A stretch of DNA of 64,000 nt from positions 32,001 through 96,000 of the IMG/VR virus record IMGVR_UViG_3300022843_000001, one strand, 5' to 3'. Shown piece after piece: positions 44,103-53,197 of this stretch. Every line of letters starts with the position of its first letter. Position 1 is the stretch's first letter. Under the pieces are notes generated by a model, which saw only the letters and a list, made by a program, of their open reading frames with translations, had not been told where the DNA came from and did not search any database. Both the position numbers and the translations under genes were made by a program. This DNA comes from a virus.

Positions 44103-44627
44103 TTAACGATTCTTTGCTTCTGGCATAGCCATGGCTCTTTCACCAAACCACCACATAGTAGCTGTTGATGCGGCAAACACAGTTGAATATAAAACGTATC
44201 TTACCAATTCCACAACTTCTGTTGCATTAAAAATAACTTGTTTGTCCATTGCAATGGATGCATAATCTGTTAATGTTCCATCTAATATCATTTTCAGTTG
44301 CACGATAACAAGTCCCCATAAAGTTAAAGTCAATATAGGACGGAATAATGTCTTCGCGGCAACAACCCATTTGTAATTTGGTTGACCGTTAAGTGCCACC
44401 TCACTCTGGTGGGTAACATTCATTGCTTCCCATGATGCTAAATTTGAGTCGCTGTTCATCTTAAGTACAAGAAGATCTTTCTGAAATTCTCGTTCAGCGG
44501 CTTGTTCTATTGCCTTTGCGGCCCGTTCTTTGTTTTTTACAAAAGCGCCTAATGCAGAACCAAGTATTCCCACAATACCGCCAGAACCTACCGACAGTGC
44601 TCCTCCTATTAATGTCATCCAATCCAT
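44103..44627 (-). CDS. Holin-like multi-TM membrane protein
   Basis: Three hydrophobic segments; RP..T and WWFGER motifs typical of 3TM holin-like proteins. Confidence 0.5.
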   Translation of the reverse strand: MDWMTLIGGALSVGSGGIVGILGSALGAFVKNKERAAKAIEQAAEREFQKDLLVLKMNSDSNLASWEAMNVTHQSEVALNGQPNYKWVVAAKTLFRPILTLTLWGLVIVQLKMILDGTLTDYASIAMDKQVIFNATEVVELVRYVLYSTVFAASTATMWWFGERAMAMPEAKNR

Positions 44628-44785
44628 TACACAGACCACCTTTTTATAAATTCTTTAAAAGACTTCATGCGCTTTCGACGCATTATGTTCTTAGGGTTGT
44701 CAGAATACAGTCTCTGCTTCTTGGTAGGAGGCATTGATACATTGCCATCCCCTGCGTTATTAGTCGGAGCGTCTTCGGTTAACAT
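44627..44785 (-). CDS. Small protein, 52 aa (MLTEDAPTNNAGDG...)
   Basis: Hand translation; AGGA RBS; stop/start coupling. Confidence 0.5.
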   Translation of the reverse strand: MLTEDAPTNNAGDGNVSMPPTKKQRLYSDNPKNIMRRKRMKSFKEFIKRWSV

Positions 44786-45363
44786 TTCTTTATATCCTTT
44801 CGTGTTATATAGAGCGCTTGTTTTGACATAAGATGCTTAATTTTATACACATCCATACCAAATATATTACCTACAGAATTACAATTAGATTCTATGATAA
44901 TTTTATTTCCTGTATGGCCTGTAACTATGCCTGTAATTGGAGATACAATGTCTCTATTGAGTTGATAGGTGCCTTCCATTAGACAACCGTCCTTTAAAAC
45001 AAACCATTCAAGATCTTCATTTATAGAAGAACCCTCGAATTGTAATTTTTCAACAATTTGATCGTGTTCGAAGTCGACTTCATGCTCTTTTAGCAAATAT
45101 AGTGCTGCAGCATAAGAAACTAATGCTGAACGGCCGAATGGTACTTTATTCATTATACGCTTAACATTAAACACAAGACGATTAAACACTGAATACGCTG
45201 CCTTTTCTTCTGTTGTATTCAGATCAGCAACTTTCTTTAGTGCTTTGCCTTCAGTGTCCACTATGCCCAACTTGAATGCATCAGTTGTGTTCCATTTTTG
45301 CGTTAGAAGACGCAAAAACTTAAAGGTATAGTATGTATTAATTGCTCCTGATATTAAACCCAT
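44779..45363 (-). CDS. Conserved T4-like virion-region protein
   Basis: Y.F.FLRLL...W...DA.KLGI.D..G, F.RLVFN.KR. Confidence 0.7.
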   Translation of the reverse strand: MGLISGAINTYYTFKFLRLLTQKWNTTDAFKLGIVDTEGKALKKVADLNTTEEKAAYSVFNRLVFNVKRIMNKVPFGRSALVSYAAALYLLKEHEVDFEHDQIVEKLQFEGSSINEDLEWFVLKDGCLMEGTYQLNRDIVSPITGIVTGHTGNKIIIESNCNSVGNIFGMDVYKIKHLMSKQALYITRKDIKKC

Positions 45364-45370
45364 GGTGCCT

Positions 45371-45742
45371 CTATATTGATCTAAGTTTTTTTACGATAGT
45401 GGCATCAATCTTATATGTCACCAGCGCATCCTCTGTCAAATAATTCAAGTATATAAGAAACGTTTTTAATGTGTTCCAATACTCTCGTTTTATTTTAAAG
45501 AATGTAAGTTTATGTCCACCTTCGATACCAAACACATTATAGATTATAATCAAGTGATTAAGTATCAAGCGTTCCTGCAGATCTTCATTGTCGTCTGAAT
45601 ATCTTTTTAATAATCTGTTCAAATATTTAAATCTGTTCAAATCGTCACAAAACTCCTCAACATTGGAACATTGAGGGTTGTTGTATACATGAGACGCATA
45701 CATCACAAAATTGTCGCCATTCACGGTATCAAATATATGCAT
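45371..45742 (-). CDS. Conserved T4-like hypothetical protein
   Basis: Y.NPQC...EEF..DL.RFKY, ERLILNH.I...NVF. Confidence 0.7.
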   Translation of the reverse strand: MHIFDTVNGDNFVMYASHVYNNPQCSNVEEFCDDLNRFKYLNRLLKRYSDDNEDLQERLILNHLIIIYNVFGIEGGHKLTFFKIKREYWNTLKTFLIYLNYLTEDALVTYKIDATIVKKLRSI

Positions 45743-45756
45743 AATATTTTTTGATC

Positions 45757-46101
45757 TTATCTTAAATTAAATGGGGTTTTAACACCACCAATCGCTGATT
45801 TGCCTTTTTTAGACCCTTTGCTTTTCTTAGTTGTAGTAGGTGATTCTTTTTCTACTTCAATACTAACAACATCGTCAACTATCACATCGTCAACTATCAC
45901 ATCGTCAACTATCACATCGTCAACTATCACATCGTCAACTATCACACAGGTTTCTTCATGGCCGCCTATCTTGGCAACACCATTCCATGCTGCACACTGT
46001 TCTTCAGTTAACTTTGCGCCTTTTAACTTCTCGCCACGTTTGGTGTAATAACCACTGACCTTGGCAATAGCGTTTTTGAATTGTCCTCTTTTTCTTTCCA
46101 T
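45757..46101 (-). CDS. Hypothetical protein with (VIVDD)5 repeat
   Basis: ORF track. Confidence 0.55.
   Translation of the reverse strand: MERKRGQFKNAIAKVSGYYTKRGEKLKGAKLTEEQCAAWNGVAKIGGHEETCVIVDDVIVDDVIVDDVIVDDVIVDDVVSIEVEKESPTTTKKSKGSKKGKSAIGGVKTPFNLR
45871..45945. repeat. 15-bp tandem repeat x5
   Basis: ATCGTCAACTATCAC five perfect copies. Confidence 0.95.
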
Positions 46102-46126
46102 TACATTTCTCGTTTTGTTTATATGT

Positions 46127-46573
46127 TTATTTATCAGACTTAGAAAGAAGTCCTAAAAATTTAGATTCTTTCATTTCTGATTTTTCGTCGTCCCCTTTCC
46201 AGTTAGCATCAACGTAGTCGTAAAATTTCTTTTCGTCGTCTCCAGATAATTCACCTTGGCTTTTGACACCAAACTTCTTTAATGCAGCAGCGAAGAATTT
46301 TTTATATGCAGGGCCATCGTTTTTTGTGTCTTTATCTGCCCCTTCATTTTTTGTGTCGTCTTCGTCTTCGTCTTCTTCGTCGTCCTTTTTGGTAGCAGGA
46401 CCATTTGCGGCAGGGTCAGCTGTAACCTTTTCTTTGGGTTTTGGCTCGTCTCCATCAGTGTCAACGGGTGTGTCTTCTTCGTCTTCGACTTCAACTTTAA
46501 CTTCTGTCTTTGCTTTCGATGCTTCAATCATTGCACGATATACATTGACTAGATCTGATAGTTCTTCTTTCAT
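46127..46573 (-). CDS. Acidic/basic low-complexity protein (core/scaffold-like)
   Basis: Y.KFF..ALKKFGV...F..YVD.NW domain. Confidence 0.6.
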   Translation of the reverse strand: MKEELSDLVNVYRAMIEASKAKTEVKVEVEDEEDTPVDTDGDEPKPKEKVTADPAANGPATKKDDEEDEDEDDTKNEGADKDTKNDGPAYKKFFAAALKKFGVKSQGELSGDDEKKFYDYVDANWKGDDEKSEMKESKFLGLLSKSDK

Positions 46574-46578
46574 TGTTA

Positions 46579-46857
46579 TTATCCTAATAATGGTAATGCT
46601 ATGTGAATTGCCGTACCGATGTATATAAAGCCGAGAGCGATGTATATAACGACAAGAGATTTTGTATGTTTTTGATTTGAATTAGACACAATGTTATTTT
46701 CTATGGACTTAATTCTATTATCATGATCATGCACTATATCATTTATAGATGCAATGGTGGTGTTCTGGGATATAATAATATCCAAGGATTTTAATAATAT
46801 TGTCGTATTATTCTCGATTCGATCCAATCGGCCGTCTAAAGACGTTTCTTCTTCCAT
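46579..46857 (-). CDS. Coiled-coil protein with C-terminal TM
   Basis: ORF track. Confidence 0.55.
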   Translation of the reverse strand: MEEETSLDGRLDRIENNTTILLKSLDIIISQNTTIASINDIVHDHDNRIKSIENNIVSNSNQKHTKSLVVIYIALGFIYIGTAIHIALPLLG

Positions 46858-46859
46858 TA

Positions 46860-47075
46860 TTATCCAACCTTTACGATTTCTTTTGCTTGTTTTTCAGCGT
46901 TTCTTTTAGATTCGCCATACTTCACCAACAAAGCTGTCATTGTTTTAATGTCTTTCTTATCAGCAGCATCGTTAAATGCATCGGCATCCTTTCCGCTATA
47001 TATCTTAACTAGTGCGTCTTCTTCCAATGTGCCTTCTGTGTGCAAGTCTTCTTTGAATTGAAAATATGATTTCAT
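46860..47075 (-). CDS. Putative head internal protein
   Basis: MKSYFQFKE N-terminus. Confidence 0.55.
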   Translation of the reverse strand: MKSYFQFKEDLHTEGTLEEDALVKIYSGKDADAFNDAADKKDIKTMTALLVKYGESKRNAEKQAKEIVKVG

Positions 47076-47104
47076 GATAGTCCTTAATGTATATTAGTCT
47101 AAAG

Positions 47105-47923
47105 TTATTTGTTTATAATTGCAACGTCTGTTAACCATTTTCGGATTTTCTTGCCATTACTTTCTACGATCACGTAGTTAGAACCGGTCACGATTATCAG
47201 GCCGACTTGATCCGTATTATCAAGAAGCACGTAGTCTCCTTTCTCAAACAAGTTGCCTTCTATGTAGCTTTCTCTTGTTTCAGAAACTGATCTTAATTGA
47301 ATATGCTTTCGGAAAGTATAGGATTCTTTAAGTCCCATGCCTGAACGAACAGCATTGAATAATAATTTACCGTCTTTGAACGCCTTTGGCAGTCCTTTTT
47401 GAAACATTTCAAAATCGTTTGCTTCAGCGGCAGCACGCATCTTAGAGGCGGACATTCCACTTACTTCGTCGCTGTCAGGATCTCTATCACCAGCAGAAAC
47501 AACATTCAGTGTCTCGAAGTTATAAAATCCGTGCCGACCTTTTACGCCATTGTACTTATTTATGATTTTATCGAACTCTGCTACTCTGTCAGAACCAACA
47601 ACCATGGTTGCCTTAATGTATCCTTTATCAAACAAGAACACCATAACATCGAAGACATTTCGTATTTTCTTATCTAAAATGATGTTTCGTGCATGTTTTG
47701 GAAACATCTTCCTCATGAACTTTACTTTGGACACGTAGTCCAAAGGATTCTTCTTGGGATCATTAGAAGAAGACGCAAATACGAAATAATCCGCTTTACT
47801 ATTTACAGTTGACAACTTTTTAATAAGTTTTTCGTGCCCAGTTGTAGGTGGGTTAAACCTGCCAAAAGTAAAGACTGCTTCGTTCGTCTCTTCTGTGATG
47901 TATTGACTAAATGATTTAATCAT
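47105..47923 (-). CDS. Cytidylyltransferase-like (HIGH superfamily) protein, putatively packaged
   Basis: FTFGRFNPPT.GH, VVGSDR..EF, SAG.RDPD, GMSASKMR. Confidence 0.8.
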   Translation of the reverse strand: MIKSFSQYITEETNEAVFTFGRFNPPTTGHEKLIKKLSTVNSKADYFVFASSSNDPKKNPLDYVSKVKFMRKMFPKHARNIILDKKIRNVFDVMVFLFDKGYIKATMVVGSDRVAEFDKIINKYNGVKGRHGFYNFETLNVVSAGDRDPDSDEVSGMSASKMRAAAEANDFEMFQKGLPKAFKDGKLLFNAVRSGMGLKESYTFRKHIQLRSVSETRESYIEGNLFEKGDYVLLDNTDQVGLIIVTGSNYVIVESNGKKIRKWLTDVAIINK

Positions 47924-48320
47924 CTGACAAATCTTCCTTTTTTGTACTACGTTTGCCGCGTTCGGCTTGTTTTATTTTCGGCAATAGTTTTTTAGACAAT
48001 CTACTTATAGCAGCGCTCTTCTTGGCAACCTTCTTTTCTAAGGCACCTCGTGCAGCAAAGGAAAGATCACCCTTCGACTTATCTTTTAAAATCTTTTTCT
48101 CTATTTCTTTTCGAGCATGTTTATTAGCTCGACTTTTCAGTTTTTCAGGAGACGCTATACGATTTGCGGCACGTTTCTTACCCGCTTTAATTTTGGACTT
48201 ATTCTTTCTCATTGCGGCCCGCATCTTCATCCGCCCTCGAGCATCTAATGCTTCGTCGAAGTCATCTTCATCTTCGTCGAAGTCATCTTCATTGTTTACA
48301 TATTCCTTGAAGGATAACAT
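47916..48320 (-). CDS. Basic protein, putatively packaged
   Basis: MLSFKEYV start, Lys/Arg rich. Confidence 0.6.
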   Translation of the reverse strand: MLSFKEYVNNEDDFDEDEDDFDEALDARGRMKMRAAMRKNKSKIKAGKKRAANRIASPEKLKSRANKHARKEIEKKILKDKSKGDLSFAARGALEKKVAKKSAAISRLSKKLLPKIKQAERGKRSTKKEDLSDD

Positions 48321-48406
48321 ATTTGTACCTGTTAGTTATTTGCGCGCTGCAGCGCTTTGTGCCATTGTTGGCATATCCATGTTCTTTCTCCGAGCACGCC
48401 AGCCTT

Positions 48407-48802
48407 TTATTTATTTGATTCTTCTACAGTGCCTATTTTATCTTGCACCCAAGCAGAGGTGCCGAATTCAGCACCTCTCTTTTTTGCCAACGCGATTGCC
48501 GCTACTTTAGTCATGTTAGGTTGTATAACTTTATTGTCTTTGTATACAGTGTATTTGTCACCCACTTTGCGAGCTTCGTCAAGATCAAAAGCAGCATCAA
48601 CCGCTTTATTACCATGTCTATCACGAAGAATTTGTGAAATTGCACCTCCCTTATCAAAGCCTTGTACGTTTATAACTTTATTAGTAGATTGTATAATACC
48701 CCGAAGCTCCTTGACAGATTTCTTTTTCAGATCGGCATATTCTTTTTTTACTTTCTCAATACGCCCTTTGTTTTCAAGAATAAATTCTTTATATGTTTTC
48801 AT
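48407..48802 (-). CDS. Putative head internal protein
   Basis: MKTYKEFILE, near-identical to T4 IPII/IPIII MKTYQEFIAE. Confidence 0.7.
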   Translation of the reverse strand: MKTYKEFILENKGRIEKVKKEYADLKKKSVKELRGIIQSTNKVINVQGFDKGGAISQILRDRHGNKAVDAAFDLDEARKVGDKYTVYKDNKVIQPNMTKVAAIALAKKRGAEFGTSAWVQDKIGTVEESNK

Positions 48803-48813
48803 TTCTGTACCTA

Positions 48814-50064
48814 TTATCTTGTGGGAGAATCCCATCCTTTGAGTATTTCGTCGCTAAAATTTGCGTAGGAGAAACTTAACTGATCGACCAACTTAAAAGC
48901 ATTACCTTTTGCGTGATCAATCGCTACAAAACCTTCATGACCAGTAACTTCAAATCCATTCTTCGTTCTTAGGAACGTGGACATATTGTCAATCTTATTC
49001 AACTTTCCAACTATGATCAATTTTACATCACCTAATAGATTTTGCAATTCAAAAAGATCGATAAGTTGTTTTTTGTTACTATCAGAGAAAAACTTCATAA
49101 AGTCGTCACGGGCAATGATCTTTCGTTCTTTACCTGCATCCGATTTTAATTTATCTATCTCTTTCTGATATTTATTATTTATATATGCAATTAGACCAGT
49201 AACATGCTTTTTAGGGTCGGAAGACATTGTTCCGCCGCGGATAAAACTGTTTGCATATGTCTCAATGGTCTGTGCAAGATTAGGGGTAGTTTCTATTTGT
49301 TTTAAAGTTTTGGATGATACTTTCTGAAACAACTTGCCGGCCTGACTCAACTTCTTGTCAATCGAATTAGTTTCTTTCTTGGTTAACGATACACTGCCAC
49401 TCAGATTCTTAACGTTAGCATCATCGAACCAAACGTTTTTCGTTTGAGTGAATTGTTTTGCATCAAGTTTAAAGGATGCATTAAGGTCAGCAAATGTACT
49501 ACCTTTGTATTCCGTATGAAGCACGATGCCCATCTTGGACCCTTGAATTTTCTTTGCAAGTTTAGAATCTGTTGGTACTGCATATAAAATTGTGTTTGGG
49601 TGAAATGTCAGATAATTCTCGCCATCTATCTTTTGTGTTTTCAAGTCGCTAGCGCTATACATCATATCGCCCTGAAAGATTCCTTTTGGATTTAACTTTG
49701 GAAGTTCTTTGAGCGCAATTTTCATTTTTACATTTAAGTCAGCACTTGATATGTCGGCATCAATGTCAGCGTCAGTCATATAAAACTTAGGAGTTTTTGC
49801 AAATATACCTTTCTTTGCCACGAAGAATTTTCCAGCATCAGGTTCGCCGCTTGGTACTTGACCAAAGAATATGGCAGGGGCGCCGTCCCATTTCATCGTC
49901 ACATCTATTTTAGATGTAGATGTTCCAGCCAAGGTGTTTCTTAAATCTCGCAGAGATTCTATTGCTTGTCTTGTACCTTTAACACCTTTATACAGAACTA
50001 GATTCTGTATGTGCTGCATGTGAGCATTAACTTCTTCGGTTACATAAGATTTGAAGGATATCAT
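48814..50064 (-). CDS. Conserved T4-like protein (DUF6267-like) with ligase-type nucleotidyltransferase motifs
   Basis: TMKWDG, IFQGD, HEGFV, AFKLV; CTS-like N-terminus. Confidence 0.6.
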   Translation of the reverse strand: MISFKSYVTEEVNAHMQHIQNLVLYKGVKGTRQAIESLRDLRNTLAGTSTSKIDVTMKWDGAPAIFFGQVPSGEPDAGKFFVAKKGIFAKTPKFYMTDADIDADISSADLNVKMKIALKELPKLNPKGIFQGDMMYSASDLKTQKIDGENYLTFHPNTILYAVPTDSKLAKKIQGSKMGIVLHTEYKGSTFADLNASFKLDAKQFTQTKNVWFDDANVKNLSGSVSLTKKETNSIDKKLSQAGKLFQKVSSKTLKQIETTPNLAQTIETYANSFIRGGTMSSDPKKHVTGLIAYINNKYQKEIDKLKSDAGKERKIIARDDFMKFFSDSNKKQLIDLFELQNLLGDVKLIIVGKLNKIDNMSTFLRTKNGFEVTGHEGFVAIDHAKGNAFKLVDQLSFSYANFSDEILKGWDSPTR

Positions 50065-51341
50065 GAGGCCTTCACATAAGCAGCAGACATTTCGGATTCA
50101 GAGGCAGCGTAACCAATCATAGCCGTTATAACTTTTGTTTTCATTGTTTTTGATAATTTATTAAATTGAAAAAGAAGTTGAGCTCCCATTATCTTGGACA
50201 TAAAAAATGTTGCGTCCTTTTCGTCTACCTTCTTTTTAAAGTCGGAATACTTGATAGAAGGTTCCCCCAATGTTGTGTAATAATCGTAAAACTTGCGAAG
50301 ATTATCTTCTGTTTTTATGCCCAAGGTTTTTTGTGGCATAAATAATGATCGGCCGATATTTTTCATCAAAACGGCAACAGGTCCGCCTGAAATCTTTCCT
50401 TGATTGGCAAACTTACCTTTTATCTCACCTTGCCATGTTGACCCAAATGTTCGGAATTGAATTTCACCACCGTCATATTGAATGTATACATCGTTAGATT
50501 GAAAAAATGATCTCTTTCCTGTCGTGAACTTGGTAAATTGGTATTCTTTTCGTTTCTCCGTAAAGTTCTTCTTTTCTAAAGAAACCTTACCTTGTGCCTG
50601 CTTCAAAGAAACACCAACAAGAATGCCTTCATTTCCTGCATTCAAAATTAAGTTGTTTAATTCTAATATACTTTGAGTACCTTCAATATCGAGCGCTTCT
50701 GCTTTACTTGTTGCCATCCAAATATCAGCAGGGGTCCATTTGTTTAAGTTAGTAAAGAGTTTTTCAATTTTGTTCAGCTTTTTGAATTGATTGTCTATTC
50801 GTGCAATAAAAGCAGAACCTCTATGAAATATATATTTCTTACCTTTATATAAACTTTCTTTGTGAAGTTTCTCCGCGGTAAGTATACATGAATCTCTCCA
50901 AACATCGTCAAGATTATCTACGATATTATTAATTGGCTCGTCAACGTTGACACTATTAGCTGCACCATGTAGGGATTCGGCACTATATTTGCCGCCTTTA
51001 TACCATCTGTCTGCTAAATACAGACATTGCGCGGATTCTGTTAATTTTGTAACAGCTGCACCTGCGCCACTACCACCGCCTGCTGTTTTTGCGACAATAG
51101 TTATCTTGTCGGATAGTTGAGTTTCGCCTACTGAAGATTTGTTCGATATGGGTTGAAAATTGCCGCCAAGTTGTGTTGCAATGTCTTTCAGTGCTTTAAC
51201 TCGTTCGGAGTTACTGTCTACCATTATTGCAATAATTCGGCCCTGTACTTTCTTAATTTTAGAATAACCTATATCGTTTAATAGTGTTATTACTGAGTCG
51301 GTTACAGCATACTCAATTAAGAAGCTTTTAAAACTTTGCAT
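50061..51341 (-). CDS. Restriction endonuclease-like (PD-(D/E)xK) protein, putatively packaged
   Basis: TESAQC, KWTPADIW, GVSLKQ; MQSFKSFLIE N-terminus. Confidence 0.55.
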   Translation of the reverse strand: MQSFKSFLIEYAVTDSVITLLNDIGYSKIKKVQGRIIAIMVDSNSERVKALKDIATQLGGNFQPISNKSSVGETQLSDKITIVAKTAGGGSGAGAAVTKLTESAQCLYLADRWYKGGKYSAESLHGAANSVNVDEPINNIVDNLDDVWRDSCILTAEKLHKESLYKGKKYIFHRGSAFIARIDNQFKKLNKIEKLFTNLNKWTPADIWMATSKAEALDIEGTQSILELNNLILNAGNEGILVGVSLKQAQGKVSLEKKNFTEKRKEYQFTKFTTGKRSFFQSNDVYIQYDGGEIQFRTFGSTWQGEIKGKFANQGKISGGPVAVLMKNIGRSLFMPQKTLGIKTEDNLRKFYDYYTTLGEPSIKYSDFKKKVDEKDATFFMSKIMGAQLLFQFNKLSKTMKTKVITAMIGYAASESEMSAAYVKAS

Positions 51342-51366
51342 TATTCGACATTCCCATACAATATAG

Positions 51367-51879
51367 TTAGTTATTAATGTTATTTATAACATCTTTTACC
51401 TCGCGACCCGTAGAAACTATAAACTTATTATACAATATTTCTTCCCATTCGTCAGCTTCTATCTCCCAAGGAAAATTCCAAGGACAGTCGATATAGTCTT
51501 GATCGTCGTATACATTAACTTCTTTCCATATACGATAATGTTTATCATTATATCTTTCCTTCAACTCTCCAGAGGCCATTTGTTTAACATGGACCATTTC
51601 ATGAAAAAGAGTTAACATCATTGTCTTTTTATCTATATTAGTAACAAGAAGTTGAAATTCTCGAGGCCTGATATTAGAATCCATCCATTCAGCACTCCCA
51701 AAGTCACCATTTTTGAGCCGACCGATCTCTACATTTATAAAAAGACTACGGTATCTTGGCATCAATACGCGTTTGGCAAATGAGATACATTCCTGTATTA
51801 GCAATCTTTGTTCTTTGTTGCCGCCTTTCACATAAATATGTGTGTTATCTACTCTGGTTAATATATCGTTCTGACTCAT
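51367..51879 (-). CDS. HExxH zinc metallopeptidase-like protein
   Basis: TLFHEMVHVKQ, Y...PW..PWEIEA. Confidence 0.75.
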   Translation of the reverse strand: MSQNDILTRVDNTHIYVKGGNKEQRLLIQECISFAKRVLMPRYRSLFINVEIGRLKNGDFGSAEWMDSNIRPREFQLLVTNIDKKTMMLTLFHEMVHVKQMASGELKERYNDKHYRIWKEVNVYDDQDYIDCPWNFPWEIEADEWEEILYNKFIVSTGREVKDVINNINN

Positions 51880-52085
51880 AGATCTTTTTTAGAGTGCTTA
51901 ACAAGATCACCAGATTTCGATATTTTGAGATAACCTTCTGCTTCAAGATATTCCATTGTAGTTGAAATGATAGTATTAGTATGTTTTTCCTGCTGCTTAG
52001 CGCTAATGTTTGCGTTTTGCATCAAAAGTGAGAATGCCCAACATCCTAATAGTACTAATATTTCCCAAGATTCAAATGTATACAT
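51876..52085 (-). CDS. Small membrane-anchored protein
   Basis: ORF track. Confidence 0.5.
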   Translation of the reverse strand: MYTFESWEILVLLGCWAFSLLMQNANISAKQQEKHTNTIISTTMEYLEAEGYLKISKSGDLVKHSKKDL

Positions 52086-52873
52086 TATACATCCATGTCA
52101 ATATATTTGCTCATTGGGAATAATCTGCTAATCGCAAGAGCAATAGCTTTAGCAAGTTCCATATGTTCTTTTTGAGTACCGTTGCTCATTCTCAATTCGC
52201 AATAATGAATCCAACTTCGTATAGTACCATTTACATATAAACGAGATTTAGTTAAACCTTCAGGCAAAACAACTCTTGCTTGTTCCTTTGCAATTCCATG
52301 TTCAATCGCCCATTCATAAACATTTTTAGTGTAAGTCATTAGTTCGGCCTGAGCTTTATACCAATATGCGGCAACTTCCATGGCGTCAGAGTCTTCAGGA
52401 TCAAGATTTACAGAGTTCTGCCTATTTTTATTGTCTTGAAAACGACACTCTCGCGGTTCTACAAACATACCTTCCATGTCAGTAGGATCGGCATATCGTT
52501 GACTAAATTCCTGAAAGGAGAATGATCGGTGGCGCAGCAGTTGTCGAGCAATGTCTCTCGTTGTATCGACCTCAATTGTTGCAGACACCATCTCGAAAGG
52601 CGAGAAGTGTTTATGCTTTATAAGATAACGAAGCAATTTATCATTAGTTTCTACGTTCATTTGTCCAGCAGGGTTTGATACCCGGGCACAATAAGCAATC
52701 AATTCTTCAAGGCCTGTTCTTACTTCTTCATCACCGTGGAAGTTAACTTGAGGGGTTACACCTAGGTTTGATACCCGGGCACAATAAGCAATCAATTCTT
52801 CAAGGCCTGTTCTTACTTCTTCATCACCGTGGAAGTTAACTTGAGTGGTTACACCTACTAATCTTGCGTTCAT
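52085..52873 (-). CDS. thyX: Flavin-dependent thymidylate synthase with 31-aa tandem duplication
   Basis: CARVS, H.SPFEM, RHRSFSFQEFSQRY, KEQAR..LP, TQKEH. Confidence 0.93.
   Translation of the reverse strand: MNARLVGVTTQVNFHGDEEVRTGLEELIAYCARVSNLGVTPQVNFHGDEEVRTGLEELIAYCARVSNPAGQMNVETNDKLLRYLIKHKHFSPFEMVSATIEVDTTRDIARQLLRHRSFSFQEFSQRYADPTDMEGMFVEPRECRFQDNKNRQNSVNLDPEDSDAMEVAAYWYKAQAELMTYTKNVYEWAIEHGIAKEQARVVLPEGLTKSRLYVNGTIRSWIHYCELRMSNGTQKEHMELAKAIALAISRLFPMSKYIDMDV
52672..52857. repeat. 93-bp tandem duplication in thyX
   Basis: 52672-52764 and 52765-52857 identical except one base. Confidence 0.95.
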
Positions 52874-52878
52874 ATTTT

Positions 52879-53112
52879 TCACCATTTTAAAGAGTTAATG
52901 AGATCGTGAGTTAATGCACGAGCTGTTTGAAAACCTACTTTTCCAAAGAGCAGCCGATCTTTGTGTGTAGAATTATTGAATCCAAATTCCATAATTGATA
53001 TAAAAATCTCTCCAATACAAAGCAAAATTGCTAGGACTAATACTACGGGAACTAACACAATCATTATCAAGACTCGAATCAACCATTTTACAGTTCTAAT
53101 TATTTGTTTCAT
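52879..53112 (-). CDS. Membrane protein
   Basis: Long TM segment. Confidence 0.5.
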   Translation of the reverse strand: MKQIIRTVKWLIRVLIMIVLVPVVLVLAILLCIGEIFISIMEFGFNNSTHKDRLLFGKVGFQTARALTHDLINSLKW

Positions 53113-53197
53113 TATTTAATCTTTCCTTATTTTCTTCGTTTAGTAAATCTTGACCATTCTTCGTTAATCCAACAAAGGTCTTGATTCATAATATATT

